A stretch of 64,000 nucleotides of DNA from Lachnospiraceae bacterium (GCA_021205385.1 JAJPXQ010000003.1:812-64811), one strand, 5' to 3'; shown: positions 28,967 through 38,179, counted from the first letter of the stretch. A program made the numbers and translations. Notes: generated by a model from the sequence alone, not told the origin.

Positions 28967-29012
28967 ATTATAGCCACCCGCCCTTGATTTTGCAAGAGAA
29001 TCGAGCTATAAT
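28967..29012. promoter_or_regulatory. Overlapping divergent sigma-A promoters
   Basis: Plus strand: TTGATT(28984-89), 17 nt, TATAAT(29007-12). Minus strand: TTGCAA(28990-95), 17 nt, TATAAT(28967-72). Confidence 0.65.
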
Positions 29013-29045
29013 CACAACTGAAATTATTTTAAGGAGGTATTTGAG

Positions 29046-29261
29046 ATGGCTACGATTTCCAAGGACATGATTATTGCCGATCTGGTGCAGATAGACCAGA
29101 ATATTATTCCGATTCTGATGAGAGAGGGTATGCACTGCATCGGCTGCCCCTCAGCACAGATGGAGACGCTGGAGGAGGCCGCTCTGGTACACGGTCTTGA
29201 CCCGGACGTTCTGGTCGCAAGGCTGAACAATTTTCTTGGTGCGGTAGCAGCTGCAGAATAA
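29046..29261 (+). CDS. DUF1858-domain protein
   Basis: ISKDMIIADLV..ILMREGMHCIGCPSAQMETLEEAALVHG. Confidence 0.88.
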   Translation: MATISKDMIIADLVQIDQNIIPILMREGMHCIGCPSAQMETLEEAALVHGLDPDVLVARLNNFLGAVAAAE

Positions 29262-29275
29262 GGGCTCAGAATAAG

Positions 29276-29310
29276 AAAGAGGATAGGCCGCGGAGGCTAT
29301 CCTCTTTTTT
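29276..29310. terminator. Bidirectional intrinsic terminator
   Basis: aaagaggatag...ctatcctcttttt between DUF1858 and mecA. Confidence 0.7.
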
Positions 29311-29320
29311 CTGATCTGAT

Positions 29321-30055
29321 CTAAATCTGTGCGAGCTGCTGCAGGGCCTGCGCCTTCAGAATCGGCGTGAAGTGTTCCTGCATGTAGGCCTCATTTGCCG
29401 TGCTGTACTTCGCGCTGTCGCCATACTCGGACAGGATATTGCATACCTTATTGAAGTCTTCCGGTGTGTGATCCGATTTGGTGACCACAAGATGATAGGC
29501 CAGCGTATCCGGATTTTTGTACAGCCGGTTCTCACCGTGGTAGACATCCCGCAGTACATGGGAGGCCTCCACAACCTGGTCGAGCCTGGTGAACAGATAA
29601 AGTCTGCGAATGTCAAGCTCGCTCGCCAGTGCCTCGGCCTGCTGTTCACGGGTTTCCTTCGGCGCATTCTTCAGGCGGTGTTCCAGCAGCTTCTGGAACA
29701 GGTCAAGGATCTCATCCGCGCCGTCCGGCAGGAAGCTCATCTGTGTGTCTTCGATCTGGTCGGAGCTGCTCTGGGAAAACCGGGAAAAGCGGGTATCCAG
29801 CTCCTCCGGGTCTGCCACCTTTGTAATATCGAGGATGATGCACTCGTTTGGCATCGGGATCGCTTCTATCATCAGCGGAATATTGTCCGCCTGGAAACCG
29901 AACTGATGGGAGGCCTGCTCCATCATGTCACGGAACAGGCTGCGCGCTTTCTCGGAACCATAGGCAATCTCGCTGATCTTGATATGGCGGACCTCCAGAT
30001 CGTCGCGCGTCAGGATGCAGCGTATTTTATTTTCATTGATCTTCTCAATTTTCAT
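29321..30055 (-). CDS. mecA: ClpC adaptor MecA
   Basis: MKIEKINENKIRCILTRDDL..KARSLFRDMM..IPLMIEAIP; C-terminal LSEYG...EH. Confidence 0.9.
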   Translation of the reverse strand: MKIEKINENKIRCILTRDDLEVRHIKISEIAYGSEKARSLFRDMMEQASHQFGFQADNIPLMIEAIPMPNECIILDITKVADPEELDTRFSRFSQSSSDQIEDTQMSFLPDGADEILDLFQKLLEHRLKNAPKETREQQAEALASELDIRRLYLFTRLDQVVEASHVLRDVYHGENRLYKNPDTLAYHLVVTKSDHTPEDFNKVCNILSEYGDSAKYSTANEAYMQEHFTPILKAQALQQLAQI

Positions 30056-30168
30056 ACCATCACAACCTGCGAAAAAATAGTTTTATATAGTATAAACAAA
30101 AACGGGAAAGATGTAAAGTCCGATGGACAGAGAAATAAAGGAAAAAATCTGAAATTTTTATGAAATAC

Positions 30169-30196
30169 TTGAAAAATACCGGGACGCAGGTATAAT
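30169..30196 (+). promoter_or_regulatory. Near-consensus sigma-A promoter, divergent from mecA
   Basis: TTGAAA, 16 nt, TATAAT; about 290 nt upstream of the next start codon. Confidence 0.6.
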
Positions 30197-30202
30197 AAAA
30201 CC

Positions 30203-30390
30203 GTAAGTCTGTTTTTCTGAGTTCTTTCACATCTTCTGTGAAATGAATCCGTTTGTTATCAGGACGAAAGGGGGAATGCGCGGCGTGTGCGGCGTGTTAC
30301 GGCAATAATATATCACACGGCTTTCTTCAGTAATCACGTACATACCGCACAGAAAAATGGCAGAGCTGCCGGGGTAGTCAGAAAAATCAG
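30203..30390 (+). ncRNA. Candidate structured non-coding RNA (~185 nt; 6S-like size, unverified)
   Basis: Closing stem 30209-30220 with 30378-30390; inner stem 30286-30301 with 30337-30351; starts just after the promoter. Confidence 0.3.
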
Positions 30391-30489
30391 GAGAAAAGCT
30401 TTCCTGTGTCCGGAAATTTGTGGTGGTGGGATTGGTGGCTTTGTGTTACTATTTTAATGAGAAAAGAAATGTCAGGAGAGGATGAATCC

Positions 30490-31104
30490 ATGCTTCAGGT
30501 ATTTGCGATGCAGGTGACCGGACTGGATTTCACGGAGGCGCGCTGGAAGACATATCTGTCAGAGGAGCGTCTGGAAGCGGCAGGACGCCGCAGGGTCACA
30601 CATGACCGACAGCTGTTTCTGGGCGCGGAAGTTCTGCTGAATCTTGCGCTCGAACGTTGCGCGCCCGGGTCTGTGCGTCCTGCGGCGTATCGGAGAAACG
30701 CGCATGGGAAGCCGTATCTGCTGCCGCCGGATGACGATATTTTTGTAAGCTGGTCGCATTCCGGGGAGTATGTGCTCCTGGCGCTGTCGGACCTGGAGGT
30801 GGGGGCGGATATTCAGATTTCTACAGCCCGGCCCCGGGATGCGCTTGTGCGGCGCGTGCTGAACGAGCGGGAACAGCAGGTCTACGATGCGGTGCCGGAT
30901 GAGGCTGGCCGACAGAAAACTTTTTATGAGTTCTGGGCGTTGAAAGAGAGCCTTCTGAAGGCGCAGGGCACGGGCTTCGGAGCGCCGCTTCCGGAGGATC
31001 AGGGTCTCTATCAGGCTCGCGTACTGGATTTCCGGGACGCTGACTATGCGGCGGCGGTCTGTTGCAGAGGTGAGATGGAGGACGCTGAAATCCAGTATTT
31101 ATGA
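30490..31104 (+). CDS. 4'-phosphopantetheinyl transferase (Sfp-type)
   Basis: HGKPYL, FVSWSHSGEY, VGADIQ, FYEFWALKESLLKAQGTG. Confidence 0.88.
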   Translation: MLQVFAMQVTGLDFTEARWKTYLSEERLEAAGRRRVTHDRQLFLGAEVLLNLALERCAPGSVRPAAYRRNAHGKPYLLPPDDDIFVSWSHSGEYVLLALSDLEVGADIQISTARPRDALVRRVLNEREQQVYDAVPDEAGRQKTFYEFWALKESLLKAQGTGFGAPLPEDQGLYQARVLDFRDADYAAAVCCRGEMEDAEIQYL

Positions 31105-31123
31105 GAAAAGGGGGAAACGGGAC

Positions 31124-31843
31124 ATGACAGAGGCAGTGGCGACATTAAAAAATTGGGTGGACGGAAGCGACAATATCGTCTTTTTCGGTGGCGCGGGGGT
31201 ATCGACCGAGAGCGGGATACCCGATTTCCGGAGCGTGGACGGGCTGTACAACCAGCAGTACGACTATCCGCCGGAGACGATCTTAAGCCACAGCTTTTTT
31301 GTGAGAAATACGGTAGAATTTTACCGCTTTTACCGGGCGAAGATGCTGGCTCTCGACGCGAAGCCCAACAAGGCGCATCGAAAGCTGGCCGAGTGGGAGC
31401 GGGAGGGAAAGCTGAAGGCGGTGGTCACGCAGAATATTGACGGGCTGCACCAGGCCGCGGGCAGCAAGGTGGTCTATGAGCTGCACGGCAGCGTGCTGCG
31501 CAATTACTGCGAGCGCTGCGGCGCGTTCTATGATGCGCGCTTTATTCAGAACTCGACGGGCGTTCCTGCCTGTGAGAAGTGCGGAGGCCGCATCAAGCCG
31601 GACGTCGTGCTCTATGAAGAGGGACTCGATACGCCGACCGTACAGGGAGCGGTGCGGGCGATCAGTCAGGCAGACATGCTGATCATAGGCGGCACTTCCC
31701 TTACCGTATATCCGGCTGCCGGTCTGATCGACTATTATCAGGGGAATAAGCTGGTGCTTGTCAATAAATCCGTGACGCCGATGGATTCCCGCGCGGATCT
31801 GCTCGTGCAGGGCAGTATCGGCGAGATTTTCGGACAGCTGTAG
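31124..31843 (+). CDS. cobB: NAD-dependent protein deacylase (sirtuin)
   Basis: GGAGVSTESGIPDFRS, TQNIDGLHQAAG, ELHGS, CERC..CEKC, KPDVVLYEE, GTSLTVYPAA. Confidence 0.95.
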   Translation: MTEAVATLKNWVDGSDNIVFFGGAGVSTESGIPDFRSVDGLYNQQYDYPPETILSHSFFVRNTVEFYRFYRAKMLALDAKPNKAHRKLAEWEREGKLKAVVTQNIDGLHQAAGSKVVYELHGSVLRNYCERCGAFYDARFIQNSTGVPACEKCGGRIKPDVVLYEEGLDTPTVQGAVRAISQADMLIIGGTSLTVYPAAGLIDYYQGNKLVLVNKSVTPMDSRADLLVQGSIGEIFGQL

Positions 31844-31860
31844 AGACAGGGGAGGCAGCG

Positions 31861-32043
31861 ATGGATTATCAGGTCGGAGACATTGTGAAGCTGAAGAAGG
31901 CCCATCCCTGCGGCAGTCAGGAGTGGGAGATTCTCCGGATCGGGGCGGACTTTCGCCTGAAGTGTACCGGCTGCGGGCGGCAGGTTATGCTGGCGCGCAG
32001 GCTCGTTGAAAAAAACACCCGGGGACTGCGGAAAAATGCTTGA
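31861..32043 (+). CDS. DUF951-family protein
   Basis: GDIVKLKKAHPCGSQEWEILRIGADFRLKCTGCGR; usual position upstream of rpsF. Confidence 0.9.
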   Translation: MDYQVGDIVKLKKAHPCGSQEWEILRIGADFRLKCTGCGRQVMLARRLVEKNTRGLRKNA

Positions 32044-32108
32044 AATCAGGGAAAAATTATGATATAGTAGATTTCCGTGGTATATTATTGCTCTGAAGAT
32101 CAGAGAAA

Positions 32109-32150
32109 TCCTTGTACATGCGAGAGCATGTGCCAGAGACCAAAAGGAGG
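32109..32150 (+). promoter_or_regulatory. S6:S18 ribosomal-protein leader (autoregulatory RNA)
   Basis: tcctt (32109-13) can pair with the SD aagga (32144-48); inner hairpin gtacatgc-GAGA-gcatgtgc; CCA motif before the SD; directly upstream of rpsF. Confidence 0.65.
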
Positions 32151-32158
32151 AAAGCAGC

Positions 32159-32446
32159 ATGAACAAATATGAGTTAGTACTTGTTGTGAATGCGAAGATC
32201 GAGGACGAAGAGAGAGCGGCTGTCGTGGACAGAGCGAAGGAGATCATCACTCGCTTTGGCGGCGTCGTGACCGAGGTGGAGGATGCCGGAAAGAAGCGCC
32301 TTGCCTACGAGATTCAGAAGATGCGTGAAGGCTTCTACTATTTCGTCCAGTTCGATGCGCCGGCGACCTGCCCGGCAGAAGTCGAGAGACGTATGCGCAT
32401 TCAGGACAACGTCATCCGTTATTTGTGTGTCCGCAAAGACGCATAG
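32159..32446 (+). CDS. rpsF: 30S ribosomal protein S6
   Basis: MNKYELVLVV..GKKRLAYEIQKMREGFY..IRYLCVR. Confidence 0.97.
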   Translation: MNKYELVLVVNAKIEDEERAAVVDRAKEIITRFGGVVTEVEDAGKKRLAYEIQKMREGFYYFVQFDAPATCPAEVERRMRIQDNVIRYLCVRKDA

Positions 32447-32472
32447 AAAGAGCTTATCAGAGGTGATTGTTA

Positions 32473-32931
32473 ATGAATAAAGTGATTTTGATGGGAAGGC
32501 TTACCCGTGACCCGGATATCCGTTACTCGAACGGCGAGACAGCGACGGCAGTTGCGCGTTTCACGCTCGCGGTAGATCGCAGATTTGCCAGAAGAGACAG
32601 CGACCAGACGGCGGATTTCATCAGCTGCGTCGCGTTCGGCAAGCAGGCGGAATTTCTGGAGAAATACTTCCGCAAGGGCATGCGTGCCATGATCTGCGGA
32701 AGGATCCAGACCGGCAGCTATACGAACCGTGATGGTCAGAAGGTCTACACGACCGATGTGGTTGCGGAGGAAGTGGAGTTCGGCGACAGCAAGGCGTCGA
32801 ATGATTCCTATCGTGACAGCATGGGAGGCGGTTATCAGCCGCAGCAGGCCGCAGCGCCGGGCCCGATGGGGGCAGGAGACGGCTTCATGAATATCCCGGA
32901 TGGAATCGATGAGGAGCTTCCGTTTAATTAA
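32473..32931 (+). CDS. ssb: Single-stranded DNA-binding protein
   Basis: MNKVILMGRLTRDP..GRIQTGSY..YTTDVV; C-terminal DEELPFN. Confidence 0.97.
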   Translation: MNKVILMGRLTRDPDIRYSNGETATAVARFTLAVDRRFARRDSDQTADFISCVAFGKQAEFLEKYFRKGMRAMICGRIQTGSYTNRDGQKVYTTDVVAEEVEFGDSKASNDSYRDSMGGGYQPQQAAAPGPMGAGDGFMNIPDGIDEELPFN

Positions 32932-32983
32932 TTCATAACAATCGGATTCAGACATGGAACTGTGAGTGAGAAGGAGGAAAACC

Positions 32984-33247
32984 ATGGCTTACACCAGGAA
33001 TGAAAGAGGCGACGCTCCGAAGATGAGAAGGGGCGGACGCAGAAGGAAAAAAGTATGCGTATTCTGCGGCAAGGAGAATAACGAGATCGATTACAAGAAC
33101 GTAGCGATGCTGAAGAAATATGTGTCCGAGAGAGGCAAGATCCTTCCGAGAAGGATCACCGGCAACTGCGCGAAGCACCAGAGAGCGCTGACCGTGGCCA
33201 TCAAGAGAGCGAGACACATCGCGCTGATGCCCTACATCGCAGAATAA
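32984..33247 (+). CDS. rpsR: 30S ribosomal protein S18
   Basis: [46 protein letters not shown] (Zn-binding type). Confidence 0.97.
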   Translation: MAYTRNERGDAPKMRRGGRRRKKVCVFCGKENNEIDYKNVAMLKKYVSERGKILPRRITGNCAKHQRALTVAIKRARHIALMPYIAE

Positions 33248-33261
33248 AGAGAGCTTTTTTG

Positions 33262-33294
33262 AAAGACGCCGACATCTTGCCGGCGTCTTTTTTT
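33262..33294 (+). terminator. Intrinsic terminator of rpsF-ssb-rpsR
   Basis: aaagacgccg-acatcttgc-cggcgtcttt followed by tttt. Confidence 0.8.
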
Positions 33295-33362
33295 GCGGCT
33301 TCACAAATCACGAGGGGGAGATTATAATAGAATTTATAAAGAATATTTTCGGAGGGAACGTT

Positions 33363-34250
33363 ATGGATTCTTACATTCTCAGCTGCTGTTCGACTGCGGA
33401 TCTTACGGAAGAGCATTTTAGAAAACGAAAGATTGCGTATATCTGTTTCCACTTCTATCTGGATGGAAAAGAGTATTCTGACAATCTCGGGAAGTCGATT
33501 CCCTTTGATCAGTTTTACAGGGCGATGAGTGAGGGAGCGGAGACGAAGACATCCCAGGTGAATGTACAGGAATTCATCGATTACTTTACTCCCTTCCTGG
33601 AACGCGGACAGGATATTCTGCATGTCTCCCTGTCCAGCGGAATATCCGGCGTCTATGGCTCCGCGTGTCTGGCGAGAGACGAGCTGCAGCAGAAGTACCC
33701 GGAGCGGAAGATTTATATCGTCGATTCGCTGGGGGCATCCTCCGGTTATGGTCTTTTCATGGACAGGCTTGCGGATCTGCGCGACGAGGGTATGGGGATC
33801 GATGAGCTTTCCGGCTGGGCGGAGGAGCACCGACTGGAACTCCATCACTGGTTTTTCTCCACCGATCTGACTTTCTTTGTGAAGGGCGGCAGGATCACGA
33901 AGGCCTCCGGCTGGTTCGGGACTGTGCTGAAGATCTGCCCGCTTCTGAATATGGATTACGAGGGGAAGCTGATTCCGCGCTATAAGGTACGTGGAAAGAG
34001 CCTGGTCATCAAGCGGATTGTGAAGAAGATGAAAGAATGCGCTTTTGATGGCACGGAGTACAACGGGAAGTGCTACATCTCCCAGTCGGCCTGCCGGGAG
34101 GACGCGCAGGAGGTCGCGGCGCTTGTGGAGGAGGCTTTTCCGAAGTTGAACGGAAAGGTTGAGATCAACGATATCGGCACGACGATCGGCAGTCATACCG
34201 GTCCGGGTACGGTCGCGCTCTTCTTCTGGGGAGAAAAACGCAGCGACTGA
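33363..34250 (+). CDS. DegV-family fatty-acid-binding protein
   Basis: KTSQVN, LSSGISGVY, IVDSLGASSGYG, DLTFFVKGGRI, IGSHTGPGT. Confidence 0.93.
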   Translation: MDSYILSCCSTADLTEEHFRKRKIAYICFHFYLDGKEYSDNLGKSIPFDQFYRAMSEGAETKTSQVNVQEFIDYFTPFLERGQDILHVSLSSGISGVYGSACLARDELQQKYPERKIYIVDSLGASSGYGLFMDRLADLRDEGMGIDELSGWAEEHRLELHHWFFSTDLTFFVKGGRITKASGWFGTVLKICPLLNMDYEGKLIPRYKVRGKSLVIKRIVKKMKECAFDGTEYNGKCYISQSACREDAQEVAALVEEAFPKLNGKVEINDIGTTIGSHTGPGTVALFFWGEKRSD

Positions 34251-34333
34251 TGCCGGGGCATGGATGCAGGCGTCTGTTATTCCGGGGACGCCTGTAAAGT
34301 GGGCCTGTCTGTGAAACGAGGAGAGAGACATTT

Positions 34334-34735
34334 ATGTGGGACGACAGTCAGTCCGATGCAGCGCGGATTTACCGGACGTTCGAGGTCCATGCAGCGGAGG
34401 AGGAATCTGAAAAGCTTCGGCGCAAATTCCACAGTACTTCCAGCGAGACAGTACGCCTGGCTGCGGCTCTGCGCGGATTTTTTCTGTCAGATGACGGGGA
34501 AGAATATGCGCCCTGGCTGGAGCAGCACGCCTGCAGTGCCGCAGAGACGCTGGTCGAGCTCGGCGACCGGGAAAAGCTGGCAGAATTTGAACGGCGGGGC
34601 TGGCTTGACGCGGAGCTGACGGAGCATCTTCTGCATCTTGCGATCGAGCAGCACCGCAGCGGGATGACGGTCTGGCTGCTGCGTCTGAAGGAGCGGAAGT
34701 ACGGGTTCCCGGATCGGGATTTGCAGCTGTGGTGA
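34334..34735 (+). CDS. Hypothetical protein, first gene of the vWA/AAA module
   Basis: 133 aa helical acidic ORF; RBS GAGGAG upstream; 6 nt from the next gene. Confidence 0.6.
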   Translation: MWDDSQSDAARIYRTFEVHAAEEESEKLRRKFHSTSSETVRLAAALRGFFLSDDGEEYAPWLEQHACSAAETLVELGDREKLAEFERRGWLDAELTEHLLHLAIEQHRSGMTVWLLRLKERKYGFPDRDLQLW

Positions 34736-34741
34736 GCGGAG

Positions 34742-35998
34742 GTGGCAGCGGTGAACAGAATTTCCAGGCAGGAGGGACTCTGTCTTCAGGTCTTACAGAA
34801 CTGCCGCAATGAGCTCTGCGATCTTTTCCCCGGGCTGGACATTGCCTTTGCAATTTTACAATATCGGAGTCATTCTGAGCCGGGCTTTGCCACGGATGGG
34901 GAGAGTTTTCTCTATTTTCCGCCGGATCTGCTGCGGCTGTATGCGGAGAATCCGACGTGTCTGCGGCGGGGGTATCTGCATGTCCTTCTTCACTGTCTGT
35001 ATCGCCATTGGCTGTGTCCTGCTGACAGGGATTTGGAGATATGGAATCTGGCCTGCGATATGGCAGTGGAGCAGATCATCGAAGCAGAGGGCATTCCGGA
35101 ACTTGGTTTTTCTGAGCCTTTGGTGACAAAATGTCTTCACCTGCTGGGAAATTTTCCGCTGGCGGCGGAGACGATTGCGCAGCGCCTGGAGGAGGGGCGT
35201 TTTCCCTATTCTCTGGAGGAGATGCGGGAGGCATTTTTCTTCGATAATCACGCGTGCTGGATGAGAAAGCCGGCGCCTGCCATGCAGAAGCGCTGGGAGA
35301 AAGCGCTTCTTCGGATCGCAGGACAGAGCAGGAAGGGCAGCGGAGGCCGCCGGGGTGTGAATCCGGGCATTATGGAAGAGGAAGTGCCGCCGGCGAAGAG
35401 TTCCCGGACGGATTATCGCAGGATTCTGCGGAGATTTATGGTTCCGCGGGAAGAGATCGAGCTCGATGAAGACAGTTTCGATTATATTTACTATCATCTT
35501 GGAATGGAACAGTACGGTTCCATGCCGTTGATTGAGCCGCTGGAATATAAGGAGGTTTACCGCCTGGAAGAGCTGGTCATCGCGATCGATACTTCCGGTT
35601 CCTGTTCCGGGGAGGCCGTGGGACGCTTCCTCGACGAGACCTGGGAGCTGCTGGCCGGACAGGAGAATTTTTTCCGGAAAATGAATGTATTTTTCATCCA
35701 GTGCGACTGTGAAGTCCGGGATGTGGCGCTTATCCGCAGCAGGGAAGAATGGAAAAAATACAGGGAGCGTATTCAGATCCGGGGGCGCGGCGGCACGGAC
35801 TTTCGTCCGGTATTCCGGGAAGTCAGCCGGCTTCGTGAGGAGAAAAAACTGAAAAGGATGCGGGCGCTGATCTATTTTACGGACGGCGATGGGCTCTATC
35901 CTCTGACGCCGCCTGATTTTGAAACGATTTTTATTTTACTGAAGGAAAAATGTCGTCCGGACCTGGTGCCGGACTGGGCGATGAAGCTGAAGATATAG
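34742..35998 (+). CDS. DUF2201-like protein: metallopeptidase-like N-domain plus C-terminal vWA-like domain
   Basis: FATDG, LHVLLHCLYRH, WNLACDMAV; vWA MIDAS IAIDTSGSCS, IQCD, GRGGTDFRPVF, IYFTDGDG. Confidence 0.85.
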   Translation: MAAVNRISRQEGLCLQVLQNCRNELCDLFPGLDIAFAILQYRSHSEPGFATDGESFLYFPPDLLRLYAENPTCLRRGYLHVLLHCLYRHWLCPADRDLEIWNLACDMAVEQIIEAEGIPELGFSEPLVTKCLHLLGNFPLAAETIAQRLEEGRFPYSLEEMREAFFFDNHACWMRKPAPAMQKRWEKALLRIAGQSRKGSGGRRGVNPGIMEEEVPPAKSSRTDYRRILRRFMVPREEIELDEDSFDYIYYHLGMEQYGSMPLIEPLEYKEVYRLEELVIAIDTSGSCSGEAVGRFLDETWELLAGQENFFRKMNVFFIQCDCEVRDVALIRSREEWKKYRERIQIRGRGGTDFRPVFREVSRLREEKKLKRMRALIYFTDGDGLYPLTPPDFETIFILLKEKCRPDLVPDWAMKLKI

Positions 35999-36007
35999 GA
36001 GCGGAGT

Positions 36008-37471
36008 ATGAATATTCAGGAAGCCAAACGGGAGATTGCGAATACGTTGCGAGCCTATCTCCGGAAAGATGCAGACGGGAAATATGTGTTTCCGGCGGTC
36101 CGGCAGAGGCCGATTCTTCTGATGGGGCCTCCCGGCATCGGAAAAACTGCGATCATGGAACAGGTGGCGGAAGAGTGCCGCGTGGGCCTGGTGGCTTATA
36201 CGATGACGCATCATACCCGCCAGAGCGCGATCGGTCTGCCCCATATTGTAAAGAAAAATTATGGCGGGCAGGAATTCATGACCACAGAGTATACGCTCAG
36301 CGAAATTATAGCATCTGTCTATGAGACGATGGAGCGAAGCGGATGCAGGGAAGGCATCCTGTTTCTGGATGAGATCAACTGCGTGTCAGAGACGCTCGCG
36401 CCCACGATGCTGCAGCTTCTGCAGAATAAGACTTTCGGGAACCACAGAGTGCCGGAGGGCTGGGTGATTGTGGGCGCCGGCAATCCGCCGGAATACAATA
36501 AATCCGTGCGGGAATTTGATGTGGTGACTCTGGACCGGGTGCGGCAGATTGATGTGGAGGCAGACCTCAAGGTATGGCTCGACTATGCCCGCGAGGCCAG
36601 AGTCCACGGAGCGGTGATCTCCTATCTGACGATCAAAAACAACCGCTTTTATGTGATAGATCAGGAAGGAGAGCGCCAGGCCTTCGTCACAGCGAGGGGC
36701 TGGGAGGATCTCTCGGAACTTCTGAAGAGCTATGAGGAAGCAGGTATTCCTTTTGGCGCTGATCAGGCGATGCAGTTTCTGCATCAGGAGGAGATCGCCC
36801 GGGATTTTGCAGCCTACTGTGCGCTTTATCGGAAATATGGTTCCGACTATGGGGTATCCGGGCTGCTGGCAGGGGACTTGTCTCCTGCAGAATACCGGGA
36901 AAAGACGGCGATGGCCGCCGCAGGGGACTTTGAGGAACGTTTTACCGTGGTCAATCTGCTGCTGGAGCAGCTGCAGAATGATTTTTGCTGTTATGAGAGG
37001 GAAGACCGCTTTGTGACGCGGCTTCATGAAATCCTGCAGCAGGAGGGAAAGGTTCCGGAGAAGCCTGGCACAGATGAGGATGCACGGGTGTTGAGACGCC
37101 TTGAGGAGATGCGTTTGTCGACAAAAGAGTTTCATTTGCATGAAAAGCCGGCGGTACAGGAGCATCTGCGGAAACTCTTTCAGGAGGATACAGATCGGCG
37201 GGAGAAAATGATCACGGATCTGCATGCCCGGCTGGAGAGGGCATTTGGATGGCTTGCGGAGTGCTTCGGAGAGGATGGCCCGGAAATGATTCTGTTTGTC
37301 AGCAGCCTTACGCGAAATGCCCGTGCCATGGATTTTATTGTGTGGCACGGCTGTGCCCCGTATCTGAAATACAGTCAGGCGCTGCTCTTCTGGGAACGCG
37401 AGGAAGAACTGCAAAGAGCCTGTCGGGATCTGAGTCTTTCCGGGGAAGATGCGCAAAATGCACAAAAATAG
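36008..37471 (+). CDS. MoxR-like AAA+ ATPase
   Basis: LMGPPGIGKT, FLDEINC, GAGNP..N, TARGWEDLS. Confidence 0.88.
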   Translation: MNIQEAKREIANTLRAYLRKDADGKYVFPAVRQRPILLMGPPGIGKTAIMEQVAEECRVGLVAYTMTHHTRQSAIGLPHIVKKNYGGQEFMTTEYTLSEIIASVYETMERSGCREGILFLDEINCVSETLAPTMLQLLQNKTFGNHRVPEGWVIVGAGNPPEYNKSVREFDVVTLDRVRQIDVEADLKVWLDYAREARVHGAVISYLTIKNNRFYVIDQEGERQAFVTARGWEDLSELLKSYEEAGIPFGADQAMQFLHQEEIARDFAAYCALYRKYGSDYGVSGLLAGDLSPAEYREKTAMAAAGDFEERFTVVNLLLEQLQNDFCCYEREDRFVTRLHEILQQEGKVPEKPGTDEDARVLRRLEEMRLSTKEFHLHEKPAVQEHLRKLFQEDTDRREKMITDLHARLERAFGWLAECFGEDGPEMILFVSSLTRNARAMDFIVWHGCAPYLKYSQALLFWEREEELQRACRDLSLSGEDAQNAQK

Positions 37472-37598
37472 AGTTCGCACTATGAGCAAAATAAACAAAA
37501 ATTAATTTTTAACAAAAAAGAACTTTCTAATTTTCGAGAAATTTGGTAATATTAATATATATTGGTTGAAATATTCACACAACAGACAAAATTAACGG

Positions 37599-37626
37599 AA
37601 AAAAGAACCTGTCAGGGTTCTTTTTT
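37599..37626 (+). terminator. Terminator-like hairpin in the carD 5' region
   Basis: aaaaaagaacc-tgtcag-ggttctttttt, ending about 30 nt before the carD ATG. Confidence 0.55.
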
Positions 37627-37657
37627 GAACGGATTGAGACTGAAAGGAGGAACTCAG

Positions 37658-38176
37658 ATGTTTGAAAAAGGAGAGTACATTGTTTACGGACAGAGCGGCG
37701 TCTGCCAGGTGGAAGACATCACGCATCTTGACATTTCCGGCGTGGATAAGAAGAAGTTGTATTATGTGCTGGTTCCTCTGAATACGAAAGGAAGCAGAAT
37801 CTACTATCCGATCGATCGTGATAAACAGAATGTACGGCCTGTGATTACGAAGGAAATGGCGATGCAGCTGCTGGATGAGATCCCGACAATTGAGACCATC
37901 CATGTTACCGTCGACAAGCTTCGCGAGGAGTGTTACAAAAAAGCCATCTATTCCGGCGACTACCGCAGCTGGGTCAGCATCATCAAGACGCTTTACAATC
38001 GCAGGCAGGAACGGCTCGCGCAGGGCAAAAAGATGGCGTCCGTGGATGAGCGTTATCTGAAGATGGCGCAGGATTCTCTTTATGGGGAGCTGGCGTTTGT
38101 CTTCGGAAAAGAGAAGAACGAGATAGAGGAACTGATCCGGCAGCATATCGAAGAGAGAGAACTGGAGAAGGCGTAA
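37658..38176 (+). CDS. CarD/CdnL-family transcription factor
   Basis: MFEKGEYIVYGQSGVCQVEDI..YYVL; RBS AAAGGAGG. Confidence 0.9.
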   Translation: MFEKGEYIVYGQSGVCQVEDITHLDISGVDKKKLYYVLVPLNTKGSRIYYPIDRDKQNVRPVITKEMAMQLLDEIPTIETIHVTVDKLREECYKKAIYSGDYRSWVSIIKTLYNRRQERLAQGKKMASVDERYLKMAQDSLYGELAFVFGKEKNEIEELIRQHIEERELEKA

Positions 38177-38179
38177 CGC

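Noticed and set aside
30244-30309. Small ORF MNPFVIRTKGGMRGVCGVLRQ in the mecA-PPTase intergenic region
   Set aside because: 21 codons with no properly spaced RBS; cannot be supported without ribosome profiling.
31124-31843. Sirtuin (and the NUDIX at 46502) as part of an NAD-centred defence network with RES/PARG
   Set aside because: CobB is a canonical housekeeping-type deacylase in core context and the NUDIX is MutT-like; nothing in the sequence links them to the defence loci.
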